DNA of 48,458 nucleotides from an uncultured Selenomonadales bacterium (GTDB lineage Bacteria; Bacillota; Negativicutes; Selenomonadales; Selenomonadaceae): NCBI GenBank assembly GCA_946406415.1, contig CAMJKR010000001.1, positions 1 to 48,458 of the forward strand, read 5' to 3'. Shown piece by piece: positions 17,342 to 25,805 of this stretch (position 1 is its first letter; each line of letters starts with the position of its first letter). The notes under the pieces were generated by a model. It saw only the letters and a program-made list of their open reading frames with translations, ran no database searches and was not told where the DNA came from. The position numbers and the translations under genes were made by a program.

Positions 17342-19591
17342 ATGAGAGGTACTCTGGACAACGTCAAGCAAACCCACAAAGCCATTCTTTTTGAAGAATT
17401 CAACGGCTGGCAATCAGATTCTTTTAATCTCGCAACACTTTTGGACGGTACTTATAAAGATGCTGATGATATGCGCGAAATGATTTCTCGTCTGGAAGTC
17501 CACAGCTTCAAAGAGTTTGTTGAAAAATTCTCGCCGAGAATTTATGAAAATATTCAGCAAGTCGACGGCAAATGGAGTTTTTCTTACACTTTCGACGATG
17601 GCAAAGCGTCGGGCGTGCCAATTAAGCTTAACGAACACTCTTATTATCGAATGCTGTCTGCTATGTACGGAGTTAAAAAAGACAGCGGACAATCCAATCG
17701 TGATTTTGACGACAGCAAGTTGAAAGAAATTCTTACTCCAAAGGCTGAAGAAAAAGAAGTACAGCGCATTCGCAAAAAAGCTGTGCTGTTAAATGTCCAA
17801 TACACCGAAGCCGTAAACAAAAAAGAAAATGCCAATTTCTACGCTAAGCAAATGGTGAGTCTCGGAAGGGAAGTTGCGCAAAAAGCTTACAGCTCTTCGT
17901 TGTCAAAGTTGGGCTTGAGAATCGCGAGCATAAATAGTCAGCTCGAATATCTTGAGGGCGAAGCAAAAAAGTTTAAGGCTCTGCCGGCGGGTTCGGAAGA
18001 CGTTGAAATAAAACGCGGCGTTCTTGAATTCGACGAGGAAGGCAAGCCGATTATACAAGAATTGGCATCCGGAACTTTGTCTGGTGAAAATTTCTCTTCA
18101 ACACCTCGCCTTAGCGCAGGCGAATCAATGAAAAAATTAAAAGCGGGAGTCGAAACGGCAATAGACGCAGGAAACGAAAGAGGCTTGACGGTACAAAGCT
18201 TTACAAAAAATATGGTTTTGTCAACCTATTTGCCGGATTATGAAGAAGAAAATTTCGCTTTGACACCGGCGGGCATCTCCGATAAATGTCATCAACTTGA
18301 ATTAGAGCGCAAAGGTTTTGAAGAAATTTATTCGCAAGCACAATCAGAATTTATAAAAATTTTAAAACAAATCGTTACGAGAATGCTCGGCGTTAAAGTT
18401 TTCTTTGATCATGCGACGACCAAAGGTGGCGAAGATGGTAAACTTCCCCAAAATCAAGGCTTGCTCGTCGCAAATTGTCCCGTAAGCGATTTACTTGACG
18501 AAAGAATCAAAGATAAGTTTGAAAAATTTATCGTGGATCGCGGCACAACTCAGACGCGCAATAATAAAATCTGGTTTGGAATTTTGCCGCATGTCATCGT
18601 TGGCGAAATAAATCCCGACGAACAAGAAAACGAAGGCGATATTGATCCTTTTGTTATTAATATGGACTCCGACATTGAAGACAACACTAAGAAAGCGGTT
18701 GCAGTTACCACACTCAGTGAAGCAAAACAACTGCTTGCTATACTCGAAAAGGCAAGAATTTTAACCGTGTTCAATCCCGCAGTTGCTGAAGACGCGCCGT
18801 TTACTTTCGGCGGAATCACTGACACCGCAATCAAAGACATAAAGGAGAAATTAAAAGAACTCGGCATTATTTATGAACACGCGCTTCTTGCTTTTCCGAA
18901 CTTCACTCTTTTGCGCGATGCAAAGATTCCTCTTGATAAAAGAGACGATGCCAAAGTTATTAATGTTAGTTCGGTTTACGTTGACGCCGCTTATGTCGCC
19001 GCTGGTTTGCTTGTCGCCTCTCAACAGCCCGATTATCTTGTGCATCACGGTTTCGCAGGAAGAATTGACGGACAAAATGTCTGTGTTCGTTTGAATCTTG
19101 AGGAAGATGATTTCGTCGCGAACCTGTGTACACATTTCAACCTGGAGCTTTCAAGTTCGTGGCAAAAGGAAATTATCGACGCCCTTGCCGATGACAGATT
19201 TGGTTTCGCTTTCAGTAGCGACGAAAAAAAGGTTAAAGTTGAAAATGAAACTGTAGATTTGAAAAACAGCTACATTTTTTCTGCGCGGACAATGTTTCAG
19301 AATGAAGATGGAGTTTATCAACCGATTTACAAAACGTTGACGAAAGACTTTATCTGGGCTTACTCGAAAACTTACGGCGCGAAAATTACAAAATCTATCT
19401 TCAACAGATTTCTGCGCGAAGATGTGCAAGACTGGAGTGAATTTACTAAACGCGCTGAGGCTAAGGGGATTATCAATGTTATTTTGCGTAAAGGCGAAAG
19501 CATTACAAAATCCGAGATTAAAGCTGGTTCCTTGCGTGTAAATCTTGACGACGGTGAGACTTTTATTGATTTGGATTTTGAAAAGGAGTAG
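17342..19591 (+). CDS. candidate contractile-sheath protein (TssC/VipB-like C-terminal half, possibly a TssB-TssC fusion)
   Basis: By-eye colinear matches to VipB as remembered. LLAILEKARILTVFNPAVAEDAPFTF (cf. YVASVA..HAPFIAAAGPKFFG). ALLAFPNFTLLRD (cf. GLTVPRFLLRNPY). VYVDAAYVAAGLL (cf. LWGNTAYAFG). NSYIFSARTMF (cf. NAAFFSANS). The tail ends ..IDLDFEKE (cf. ..LVGKLDKE). N-terminal HSFKEFVEKFSPRI resembles the TssB dnFd.vm..l.P.l segment. The gene sits between the PAAR-like and Hcp-like genes. Confidence 0.45.
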   Translation: MRGTLDNVKQTHKAILFEEFNGWQSDSFNLATLLDGTYKDADDMREMISRLEVHSFKEFVEKFSPRIYENIQQVDGKWSFSYTFDDGKASGVPIKLNEHSYYRMLSAMYGVKKDSGQSNRDFDDSKLKEILTPKAEEKEVQRIRKKAVLLNVQYTEAVNKKENANFYAKQMVSLGREVAQKAYSSSLSKLGLRIASINSQLEYLEGEAKKFKALPAGSEDVEIKRGVLEFDEEGKPIIQELASGTLSGENFSSTPRLSAGESMKKLKAGVETAIDAGNERGLTVQSFTKNMVLSTYLPDYEEENFALTPAGISDKCHQLELERKGFEEIYSQAQSEFIKILKQIVTRMLGVKVFFDHATTKGGEDGKLPQNQGLLVANCPVSDLLDERIKDKFEKFIVDRGTTQTRNNKIWFGILPHVIVGEINPDEQENEGDIDPFVINMDSDIEDNTKKAVAVTTLSEAKQLLAILEKARILTVFNPAVAEDAPFTFGGITDTAIKDIKEKLKELGIIYEHALLAFPNFTLLRDAKIPLDKRDDAKVINVSSVYVDAAYVAAGLLVASQQPDYLVHHGFAGRIDGQNVCVRLNLEEDDFVANLCTHFNLELSSSWQKEIIDALADDRFGFAFSSDEKKVKVENETVDLKNSYIFSARTMFQNEDGVYQPIYKTLTKDFIWAYSKTYGAKITKSIFNRFLREDVQDWSEFTKRAEAKGIINVILRKGESITKSEIKAGSLRVNLDDGETFIDLDFEKE

Positions 19592-19599
19592 ATGATTAA

Positions 19600-20058
19600 A
19601 TGATTTATACTTTGAAAGTTGAATGGGACGACGGCGAAAAGACAATCGAAATCGGCACGAGAGAAGAAGAGGAAACAGTCATCACCGATGTCGAAATTTT
19701 TCTTAACACTATTGACGAAAATACCAGAAATAAATCGAAGGCTATGTTGGCGGAAATCAACGTCAAGGGACAAATTATTGGGAAAAAAAGTCCGGAACTT
19801 AAAGAAAGTTTGCTCGATATTTTTAATTGGGCGAGAGATTTTGAAGTCGATACGACCTATCGCAAGGTGACGTTGACGATAAAAGAAAGCTCAACTGCCG
19901 TCCTGCGCACTTACGAAATAGAAAACATGTTCGTTCGCTCTTACAAAGAGACGTATCAAAACAGCGACCAAAAAGGCGGACAAGGCGACAAAGGCGGCAT
20001 GTTTGAGCTTGACCTCACTCAACAGGAAAATGATTTGAAAAAAATTTTGGTTCTTTGA
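19600..20058 (+). CDS. candidate Hcp/TssD-like tube protein
   Basis: 152 aa. The C-terminal half, VTLTIKESSTAVLRTYEIENMFVRSYKETY...GGMFELDLTQ, parallels Bacteroidales TssD (..MKELEFEDGYIIQYSESF...TTRFVISA) as remembered. Canonical sheath-hcp-vgrG gene position, with an AAGGAG RBS. Confidence 0.4.
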   Translation: MIYTLKVEWDDGEKTIEIGTREEEETVITDVEIFLNTIDENTRNKSKAMLAEINVKGQIIGKKSPELKESLLDIFNWARDFEVDTTYRKVTLTIKESSTAVLRTYEIENMFVRSYKETYQNSDQKGGQGDKGGMFELDLTQQENDLKKILVL

Positions 20059-20086
20059 TTGAAAGAATTTTTAAGGAGCAAGCAAA

Positions 20087-21529
20087 ATGCGAGTTTTGGG
20101 ATTCGACAAGGTAAACGGCTACTTTGAAAATTTTTCTCTCAAAAAAACTTCTGGTGAACACAGTGTTTGTAAATTTCGCATGAATGTTCATGTCGACGAG
20201 GCGGCGGCTTTGATGAATAAGGTTGGGGAGCCGCTTGCTGTCATGCTCGGCGTTGAAAATCCCATGCCTGTTTTTTTTGGCGAAATTTATGAAATTGCTC
20301 TTGAACGCGCAATTTCCCGTACTTGTATCGAAGTTATCGCCTTCTCTGACTCGAAAAAAATAGATGAGGAAGAACATACGCGCCTTTTCCAAAATCCTAA
20401 AAAAACTTTCGGCGAAATTTTAAATCCAATGCGTTTGAAACTTAAAAATTGTCGGCTGAATTTGCCCGACGAACTTGCTACGAAAAAATACGAAAAAATT
20501 TTGTTGCAAAATCAGGAAACGGATTTTGAATTCATAAAACGTCTGGCAAATTATTGTGGCACGCGGCTCTGGATTATCGATACGCGACAAGGTAAGGCTT
20601 CGTTTACGGTCGGTCATTGTCTGGAGGATTCGGAGCATAGACTTTCGCAGGAAGATATTTTTTTCTGCAGGACGAGTCAGAAAAAAAATTTAAAGACAAT
20701 GCACTTGGTTACGAAAAAATATTTTTCGCTCGGTACAACCATTTATGTCGGCAAGAATACTTGTAAATATTTGATTACGGCATTGGAGATTCGGCAGATT
20801 CACGGCGCAGATGAAATTTTTTATGAACTGGAAGAATACAAGTCAAAAAATTTTTTCATCAACGCTGCGCTACTCGAAAAAACCGTTAAGCTCAAGGCGC
20901 ATGTAAAAAATTCACAGGACGCGGAAAATTTCGGGCGTATTCAAGTGCAAGTCGATTCTTCAGACGCCGAAGACGAGGATACAGAAAAATTTTGGTTGCC
21001 ATATCGCAGTCCTTACAGCGGGAAAGCGGGTGGTATCGTCTTTATGCCTGATGTTGGCGATGCCGTTGAATTAATTTTTTCAAATAATGATTGCTTTGTC
21101 GGCTCGACGTTTCGCGAAAATAAATTGCAAGAAGAATGCCAAAAGGTCAGCGATAAATACATAGGCAACAACTCTTTGCAACGAATTTTTTGGCGAGAAA
21201 ATTCTCTTGAGATTTTATCAAGTGAGAATAAAATTCTTCTCGACAAAAATAAAATCGAATTTACGGTCGGCGAGAATAAGATTTTAGTCGATAAGAAAAG
21301 CATTGTCCTGCAAACGCCGAAAAATAAAATTTTCCTGAACGAAAAGGGCATTAAAATTCAAAGCGATGGCGAATTAAACGTGAACATTCGCAACGATACA
21401 ACGATTGAGACGAATAAAGTTTTAACTTTAAAAGCAGAAGATTCCGTGCAAATTAAAGGCAAGTCGCTCAACGCGAAGGCCAATAGCGGCGACGTTAATA
21501 TCAAAGGCAACAATATAAATCTTAGCTGA
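20087..21529 (+). CDS. vgrG: VgrG/gpD-gp5-like spike protein with a C-terminal beta-helix repeat
   Basis: gpD-like ILLQNQETDFEFIKRLANYCGTRLWI. gp5 OB-fold signature GRIQVQV...FWLPYRSPYSGKAGGIVFMPDVGDAVELIFSNND. Then short repeats KILLDKNKIEFTVGENKILVDKKSIVLQTPKNKIFLNEKGIKIQSDG. Confidence 0.8.
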   Translation: MRVLGFDKVNGYFENFSLKKTSGEHSVCKFRMNVHVDEAAALMNKVGEPLAVMLGVENPMPVFFGEIYEIALERAISRTCIEVIAFSDSKKIDEEEHTRLFQNPKKTFGEILNPMRLKLKNCRLNLPDELATKKYEKILLQNQETDFEFIKRLANYCGTRLWIIDTRQGKASFTVGHCLEDSEHRLSQEDIFFCRTSQKKNLKTMHLVTKKYFSLGTTIYVGKNTCKYLITALEIRQIHGADEIFYELEEYKSKNFFINAALLEKTVKLKAHVKNSQDAENFGRIQVQVDSSDAEDEDTEKFWLPYRSPYSGKAGGIVFMPDVGDAVELIFSNNDCFVGSTFRENKLQEECQKVSDKYIGNNSLQRIFWRENSLEILSSENKILLDKNKIEFTVGENKILVDKKSIVLQTPKNKIFLNEKGIKIQSDGELNVNIRNDTTIETNKVLTLKAEDSVQIKGKSLNAKANSGDVNIKGNNINLS

Positions 21530-21541
21530 GGTGGTAACGCT

Positions 21542-22798
21542 TTGGATGAAGTAGAAAAAATGTTAAATGAAATTATTGATACTGCTCAACTAGACGCGGA
21601 TTTGAAAACTTGCCTGAAAAAATCTTTGAACGCGATTTACTCTCACGAAAAAAAAATTATTTCTGAGCTTAAATCGGAAGTTGAAACCGAGTTGAAGTCG
21701 GGACGAAATTTTTTACCGATAGTTACAGCACTCGTTCCACGCGAAAAAATTCCTGCAATGAGCGAAAGAAATTTTTATGCTGTTGATAAAGCCCTGTTCG
21801 ATAAAAATCTCAGCATATTTTTTAAAACGCCGCTCGCTTTCGATGTAAAAAAATTTTTTGACGAATCAAATTCCGAATCTTATTTTTTATGCTGTCCTTA
21901 CGAGGAAGTCGAGGAACTTTGCAAAAAAACTTTTGTCGGTCGTAACGGGGCAAAAACTTTCAGTTATCGGCTCGTTCCTCAAAAAAGGCTCGTTGAACAA
22001 GAAATGAGACTTTTTCGATTGGCGGAGCTTTATAAAATCAAAACTCCGATAATTTTTTCGCCTTATGCTCGCCGCGCAGTCGATATTCAAATTCTTGAGG
22101 AACTTGAACCTAAAGAAATTGACTTTGACTTTTCTGGCAACGCCGAACTTAAAGGAAAGATTATCGACGATTGTATTTTGATGTGGAATATTTCCGTTAA
22201 ATCGAATGTCGAGAGCAAAGGTTACATCAGTCCTAATGATGACGAAAAGTTTCATCGCTACATTTTCGACAGCGGAATCAGCAAAAAAAGTTACGTCCTG
22301 CCACCCGTGAATTCCGAAATTTTGGTTGAGGCAAAAAGAATCAGCGATACCAGGATTGACATCATTTCTTCGGGCGAGCTTGAGGACAATTTTGAAGTTT
22401 TGAAGATAGTCGCGCTCAATATTGATAAAACTTTTCCCGACGATGTAGAAATTTTTTCAAACACTTGCGACACTGACCGCGTTATAGAAAAGACCCGATT
22501 GCGTACTTTGGGCGACGTGAATTATATTTTGTCGTCATTAGCTCAAGGCGAATTTTCCTGTGCGTTTGAAACTTTAAACGACACACCGCCTGCCAATCGA
22601 ATAAAATTTTATCAAAAGAATTTTGGACACAATTATTTTACAAGTCGCGCTGAAGAACTTTTCCGATTCAAAGCGAAGTTGCCGTATTGTCTTGTCCGGT
22701 TCAAAGCTCCCGAAAAATATCGGGCGGATTATGCCAACTTCGTCTTGCATTTCCTCAACAAAAATTATCCCGAATTTTTTTGGACGGGAGTGATTTGA
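21542..22798 (+). CDS. hypothetical protein (418 aa), operon member directly after vgrG-like
   Basis: Long ORF 12 nt after the vgrG stop, with GAGGTGG upstream of TTG 21542. No family recognised. Confidence 0.6.
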   Translation: MDEVEKMLNEIIDTAQLDADLKTCLKKSLNAIYSHEKKIISELKSEVETELKSGRNFLPIVTALVPREKIPAMSERNFYAVDKALFDKNLSIFFKTPLAFDVKKFFDESNSESYFLCCPYEEVEELCKKTFVGRNGAKTFSYRLVPQKRLVEQEMRLFRLAELYKIKTPIIFSPYARRAVDIQILEELEPKEIDFDFSGNAELKGKIIDDCILMWNISVKSNVESKGYISPNDDEKFHRYIFDSGISKKSYVLPPVNSEILVEAKRISDTRIDIISSGELEDNFEVLKIVALNIDKTFPDDVEIFSNTCDTDRVIEKTRLRTLGDVNYILSSLAQGEFSCAFETLNDTPPANRIKFYQKNFGHNYFTSRAEELFRFKAKLPYCLVRFKAPEKYRADYANFVLHFLNKNYPEFFWTGVI

Positions 22799-23461
22799 TT
22801 GGATTATCTTTGGACGGATTATCGGCGAGAACTTTTTTATTTTTCTGATACGACACCTGCTTTCCCGTTTGAAGAACGCACTGCCTTTACCAAACAGGAG
22901 CGTGGCGGCGAATTCGTCGAAAGCGTGGGGATAAATTTTTTGCTTAGATTCAGCGAGATTTTTTTGCCGCTGTTTAAAAATTTTATGCCCGAAAATCGCT
23001 GTGAAGTTGAGAATATTTTTTATCACTTCTTAGCGCAACTCGACAGGAATTGTGGTAAAGATAAATTTACTTTTGTCGAAAAGCTTTTGGAACAGGAGCT
23101 AGCAAAAAATTTTTACGGCGACCGCGCAGGTGAAATTTTCAGACAGCTCAATTCAAGTGCAAAAAGAAAAGTAGTGCGGCTTCTTCGTATGCAGGAGGAA
23201 TGCGAAGGGAGAAAATTATTTTTCCGCGAGGCGATACAAGAATTTTTCGCGAGAGCAAAGATTTACTTTTATGAAGACGAGGAAAAATTTTTGTTATACC
23301 TTCCGCAGGCGGAGAGTTTGGAAGGGAAAAAAATTATTGAGCTGTTAACGATTTTATTTTTAGATATTTCATGTCGAACGCCGGAAATTTTTTGGGGAAA
23401 TCATTTCGGCATAATCGGTGAGCCGGAAACGATGCGCCTCGACCAAACAATTATTTTTTGA
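22799..23461 (+). CDS. hypothetical protein (220 aa), operon member
   Basis: The TTG start abuts the previous stop (TGATTG). No family recognised. The weak TssG-like impressions (FYHFLAQLDR; GNHFGIIGEPE) are not reliable. Confidence 0.5.
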   Translation: MDYLWTDYRRELFYFSDTTPAFPFEERTAFTKQERGGEFVESVGINFLLRFSEIFLPLFKNFMPENRCEVENIFYHFLAQLDRNCGKDKFTFVEKLLEQELAKNFYGDRAGEIFRQLNSSAKRKVVRLLRMQEECEGRKLFFREAIQEFFARAKIYFYEDEEKFLLYLPQAESLEGKKIIELLTILFLDISCRTPEIFWGNHFGIIGEPETMRLDQTIIF

Positions 23462-23475
23462 AAGGAGCTAAACGA

Positions 23476-25044
23476 ATGGGACAAGCTATTGGAATAGATT
23501 TCGGGACGACGAATACTGTTGTCTCTTACAAAAACAAGCGGGGGAATTTAAAACAACTCGATTACAACGGGCACATTTTGATTCCCAGCGTAATTTACTT
23601 TAAGACCAAAGATAATTATCTTATCGGCTATTCCGCGAAAAATAATTTAGCGACAAATTCTGCCGCTTGCGTCGAAAATTTTAAATCGAAACTCGGCGAG
23701 AAAGGTTTTTCTTACAAAGTTAAGGCGGAAAATGGCGACGAGATTACAATATTTCCGCGCAGGGCGGTTAAACTTTTTCTTTCCAAAATTATAAACGACA
23801 TTGAGCAAAAACTTTTTGACGAATTCGGCACTGACAATGGCGTTATCGACCGCGTTGTTATAACCGTTCCCGCCAAGTTCAACCCGACTGAAATTGAAGC
23901 GATTAAAAAAGCGGCAGGCGATGCTTTGAATCTCAAAGTTCGCGCAGTTTTTGAACCGACGGCAGCAGCAGTGGCGGCTATGGAAGAAGATAGCGAGGCT
24001 GTCAACAAAGTTTTGATTTACGATTTGGGCGGCGGCACGTTTGATGTATCGTTCATTCAGCGCAACAACGAGAAAAATAAATTTCAGCCTGTGGTACCGG
24101 CGGACGGCGATAAAAATCTCGGCGGCAATCTCTTTACTGAACTGCTTGCAGAAAAATTGCTGGACTGGGCTAACGAAGAATACGGCACCGAATTTAAGAT
24201 GAATTATTTCGATGAAGACTACGGTATCAGCGAAATACACTACAAACAGAATTTAATCGCTGTAAGGCGCGAGGCTAACAGAGTTAAAGAGGAGCTTTCT
24301 GAATCTGAAGTAACAAATGCAAACTTTAATTTTTGGACGAGCGAAGATAATTCGGAAGAGGCGGACATTCCCGTAACGCGCAAAGAATTTGAAAAGATTA
24401 TCAAGAAAAAAGTTGTAGAAACGGTGAATAAAACTTACGAGACTGTAACTTCGCCGCAAGCCGTCGCTGTCGGAGATATTGATAAAATTGTACTCGCTGG
24501 CGGCAGTTCTAAAATTCCGTTGATAAAAGATTTGTTGAGCGAAAAGTTGGACAGGGAAGTCGAATGCAGTGATGAAGTTTCGACGCTCATATCTCGCGGT
24601 GCGGCAATTCTTGCGCAAGACATGAATCAACTCGACGACATAGAACAGGTTACGAGTTTTCAAATTGGCGTTTCTGCAACGGAGGGATTGAACTACGGAA
24701 AATTCCAGATGATTATTCCCGAAAATGTTTCGCTTCCCTATACCAACACGCGAGACTTCAGACTTGCTCAGGACAATCAGCGCGGGCTTGACATCGCTTA
24801 TTACGAATACGACGTAAAAAAATATCCGAAGGCGACTCGAACAGATAGTGATGGCTTTCAGGAAATCGACGTTCTTCATATCGAATTGCCCGAAGGTCTG
24901 AAAAAAAATAATACAACTGTGCGCGTCACGTTCGCGGCAGATGCTGATGGCAGTTTGAATCTTTCCGCCGAAATTTTGGACAGCAATGGCAACAAGATTG
25001 ACAGCGGCGAACTTCATGTAAATAAGGAAAGTGATTTGCTTTAG
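23476..25044 (+). CDS. Hsp70-family ATPase 1 (NBD + SBD-beta, no helical lid)
   Basis: AIGIDFGTTNT. ITVPAKFNPTEIEAIKKAAGDA...VFEPTAAAVA. LIYDLGGGTFDVSF. IVLAGGSSKIPLIKDLL. SBD-beta-like ...VTFAADADGSLNLSAEILD. Start moved to ATG 23476 with an AAAGGAG RBS. Confidence 0.85.
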   Translation: MGQAIGIDFGTTNTVVSYKNKRGNLKQLDYNGHILIPSVIYFKTKDNYLIGYSAKNNLATNSAACVENFKSKLGEKGFSYKVKAENGDEITIFPRRAVKLFLSKIINDIEQKLFDEFGTDNGVIDRVVITVPAKFNPTEIEAIKKAAGDALNLKVRAVFEPTAAAVAAMEEDSEAVNKVLIYDLGGGTFDVSFIQRNNEKNKFQPVVPADGDKNLGGNLFTELLAEKLLDWANEEYGTEFKMNYFDEDYGISEIHYKQNLIAVRREANRVKEELSESEVTNANFNFWTSEDNSEEADIPVTRKEFEKIIKKKVVETVNKTYETVTSPQAVAVGDIDKIVLAGGSSKIPLIKDLLSEKLDREVECSDEVSTLISRGAAILAQDMNQLDDIEQVTSFQIGVSATEGLNYGKFQMIIPENVSLPYTNTRDFRLAQDNQRGLDIAYYEYDVKKYPKATRTDSDGFQEIDVLHIELPEGLKKNNTTVRVTFAADADGSLNLSAEILDSNGNKIDSGELHVNKESDLL

Positions 25045-25055
25045 GAGAGTGAAAT

Positions 25056-25805
25056 ATGAGCGTAATAAAATCTATCTTTAATGCGACTCGGAGGGCAATT
25101 ATGGACATAAAAGAATTAATCGCGTCATTGTTTAAGGAAACGGGCAGGAAACAAATTCCGTCGACAAAAAAAGTCTTGGAAGATCTGGAGCAGGCGAAAA
25201 AAACTTACACAATACAACCGCCAACTCCGCCGGTGACAGTTGCAGTTAAACCACTCAGAATTCGTAGCAAACAGGATTGGAACGATTACTTGAAAAAATT
25301 ATCCGGACTCGACGCTTTTGATAAATTTGCCGAAAAAAATTCGGGCGACTGGAGATGGTTTGTCAAAAGTCTGGAAAAAGTCAAGAAGGACATTTCAAAA
25401 ATGACGCCGACCGAATTTGATGAATACACTACGGAAACTATCGTAACGGCGACGGTTAACATGTCGAAAAAATTTATCGCCGCGTTGGACTCTTGCGGTC
25501 GCACAATCAAAAATACTTCAAAAGATTCGACCGCCGCACGAGAGCTTTACAATTTGATTGAAGAATATTTTTTGAGGCTCGGTATTCGTTCGATGAATTT
25601 CAAAGTCGGCGACGATTTCGAGAAGTGGGCGGATCTCTCAATGAGTGAAGCACCGATAATTGAAAATACTTTTGACAACCGCAAACACAACACCTTAAAA
25701 GAAATTTATGTTCAGCCACATTATATTGATTACATTGACGAACACGACAAAAAAGTTCGGCGCGTCTTCGGTGGGCAATGCGCTGCCTATAGCTTTCGGG
25801 GGTGA
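25056..25805 (+). CDS. GrpE-like candidate (249 aa), paralogue A
   Basis: The C-terminus LGIRSMNFKVGDDFEKWADLSMSEAPIIEN....LKEIYVQPHYID...RRVFGGQCAAY parallels the GrpE beta-domain pattern (Gv..i...G..FDp..H.A.......V.ev.q.GY...gr.lR.a.V.V) as remembered. Adjacent to Hsp70 genes. Tentative. Confidence 0.35.
   Translation: MSVIKSIFNATRRAIMDIKELIASLFKETGRKQIPSTKKVLEDLEQAKKTYTIQPPTPPVTVAVKPLRIRSKQDWNDYLKKLSGLDAFDKFAEKNSGDWRWFVKSLEKVKKDISKMTPTEFDEYTTETIVTATVNMSKKFIAALDSCGRTIKNTSKDSTAARELYNLIEEYFLRLGIRSMNFKVGDDFEKWADLSMSEAPIIENTFDNRKHNTLKEIYVQPHYIDYIDEHDKKVRRVFGGQCAAYSFRG

Noticed and set aside
16899-23461. PAAR/sheath/tube/VgrG genes considered as part of a prophage tail or a standard T6SS/eCIS locus
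   Set aside because: I could recognise no capsid, terminase, portal, tape-measure or tail-fibre genes. I also found no TssJLM/TssA/ClpV or eCIS AAA+ ATPase in the window. The genes are also co-transcribed with Hsp70 genes.
23647-25017. Antisense ORFs of 197 and 254 aa inside the Hsp70-1 gene
   Set aside because: They lie opposite a gene with complete Hsp70 motifs, and their translations are Phe/Arg/Asn-rich nonsense. The same reasoning applies to 33310-33843, 41965-42615, 46604-47242 and 46708-47403.
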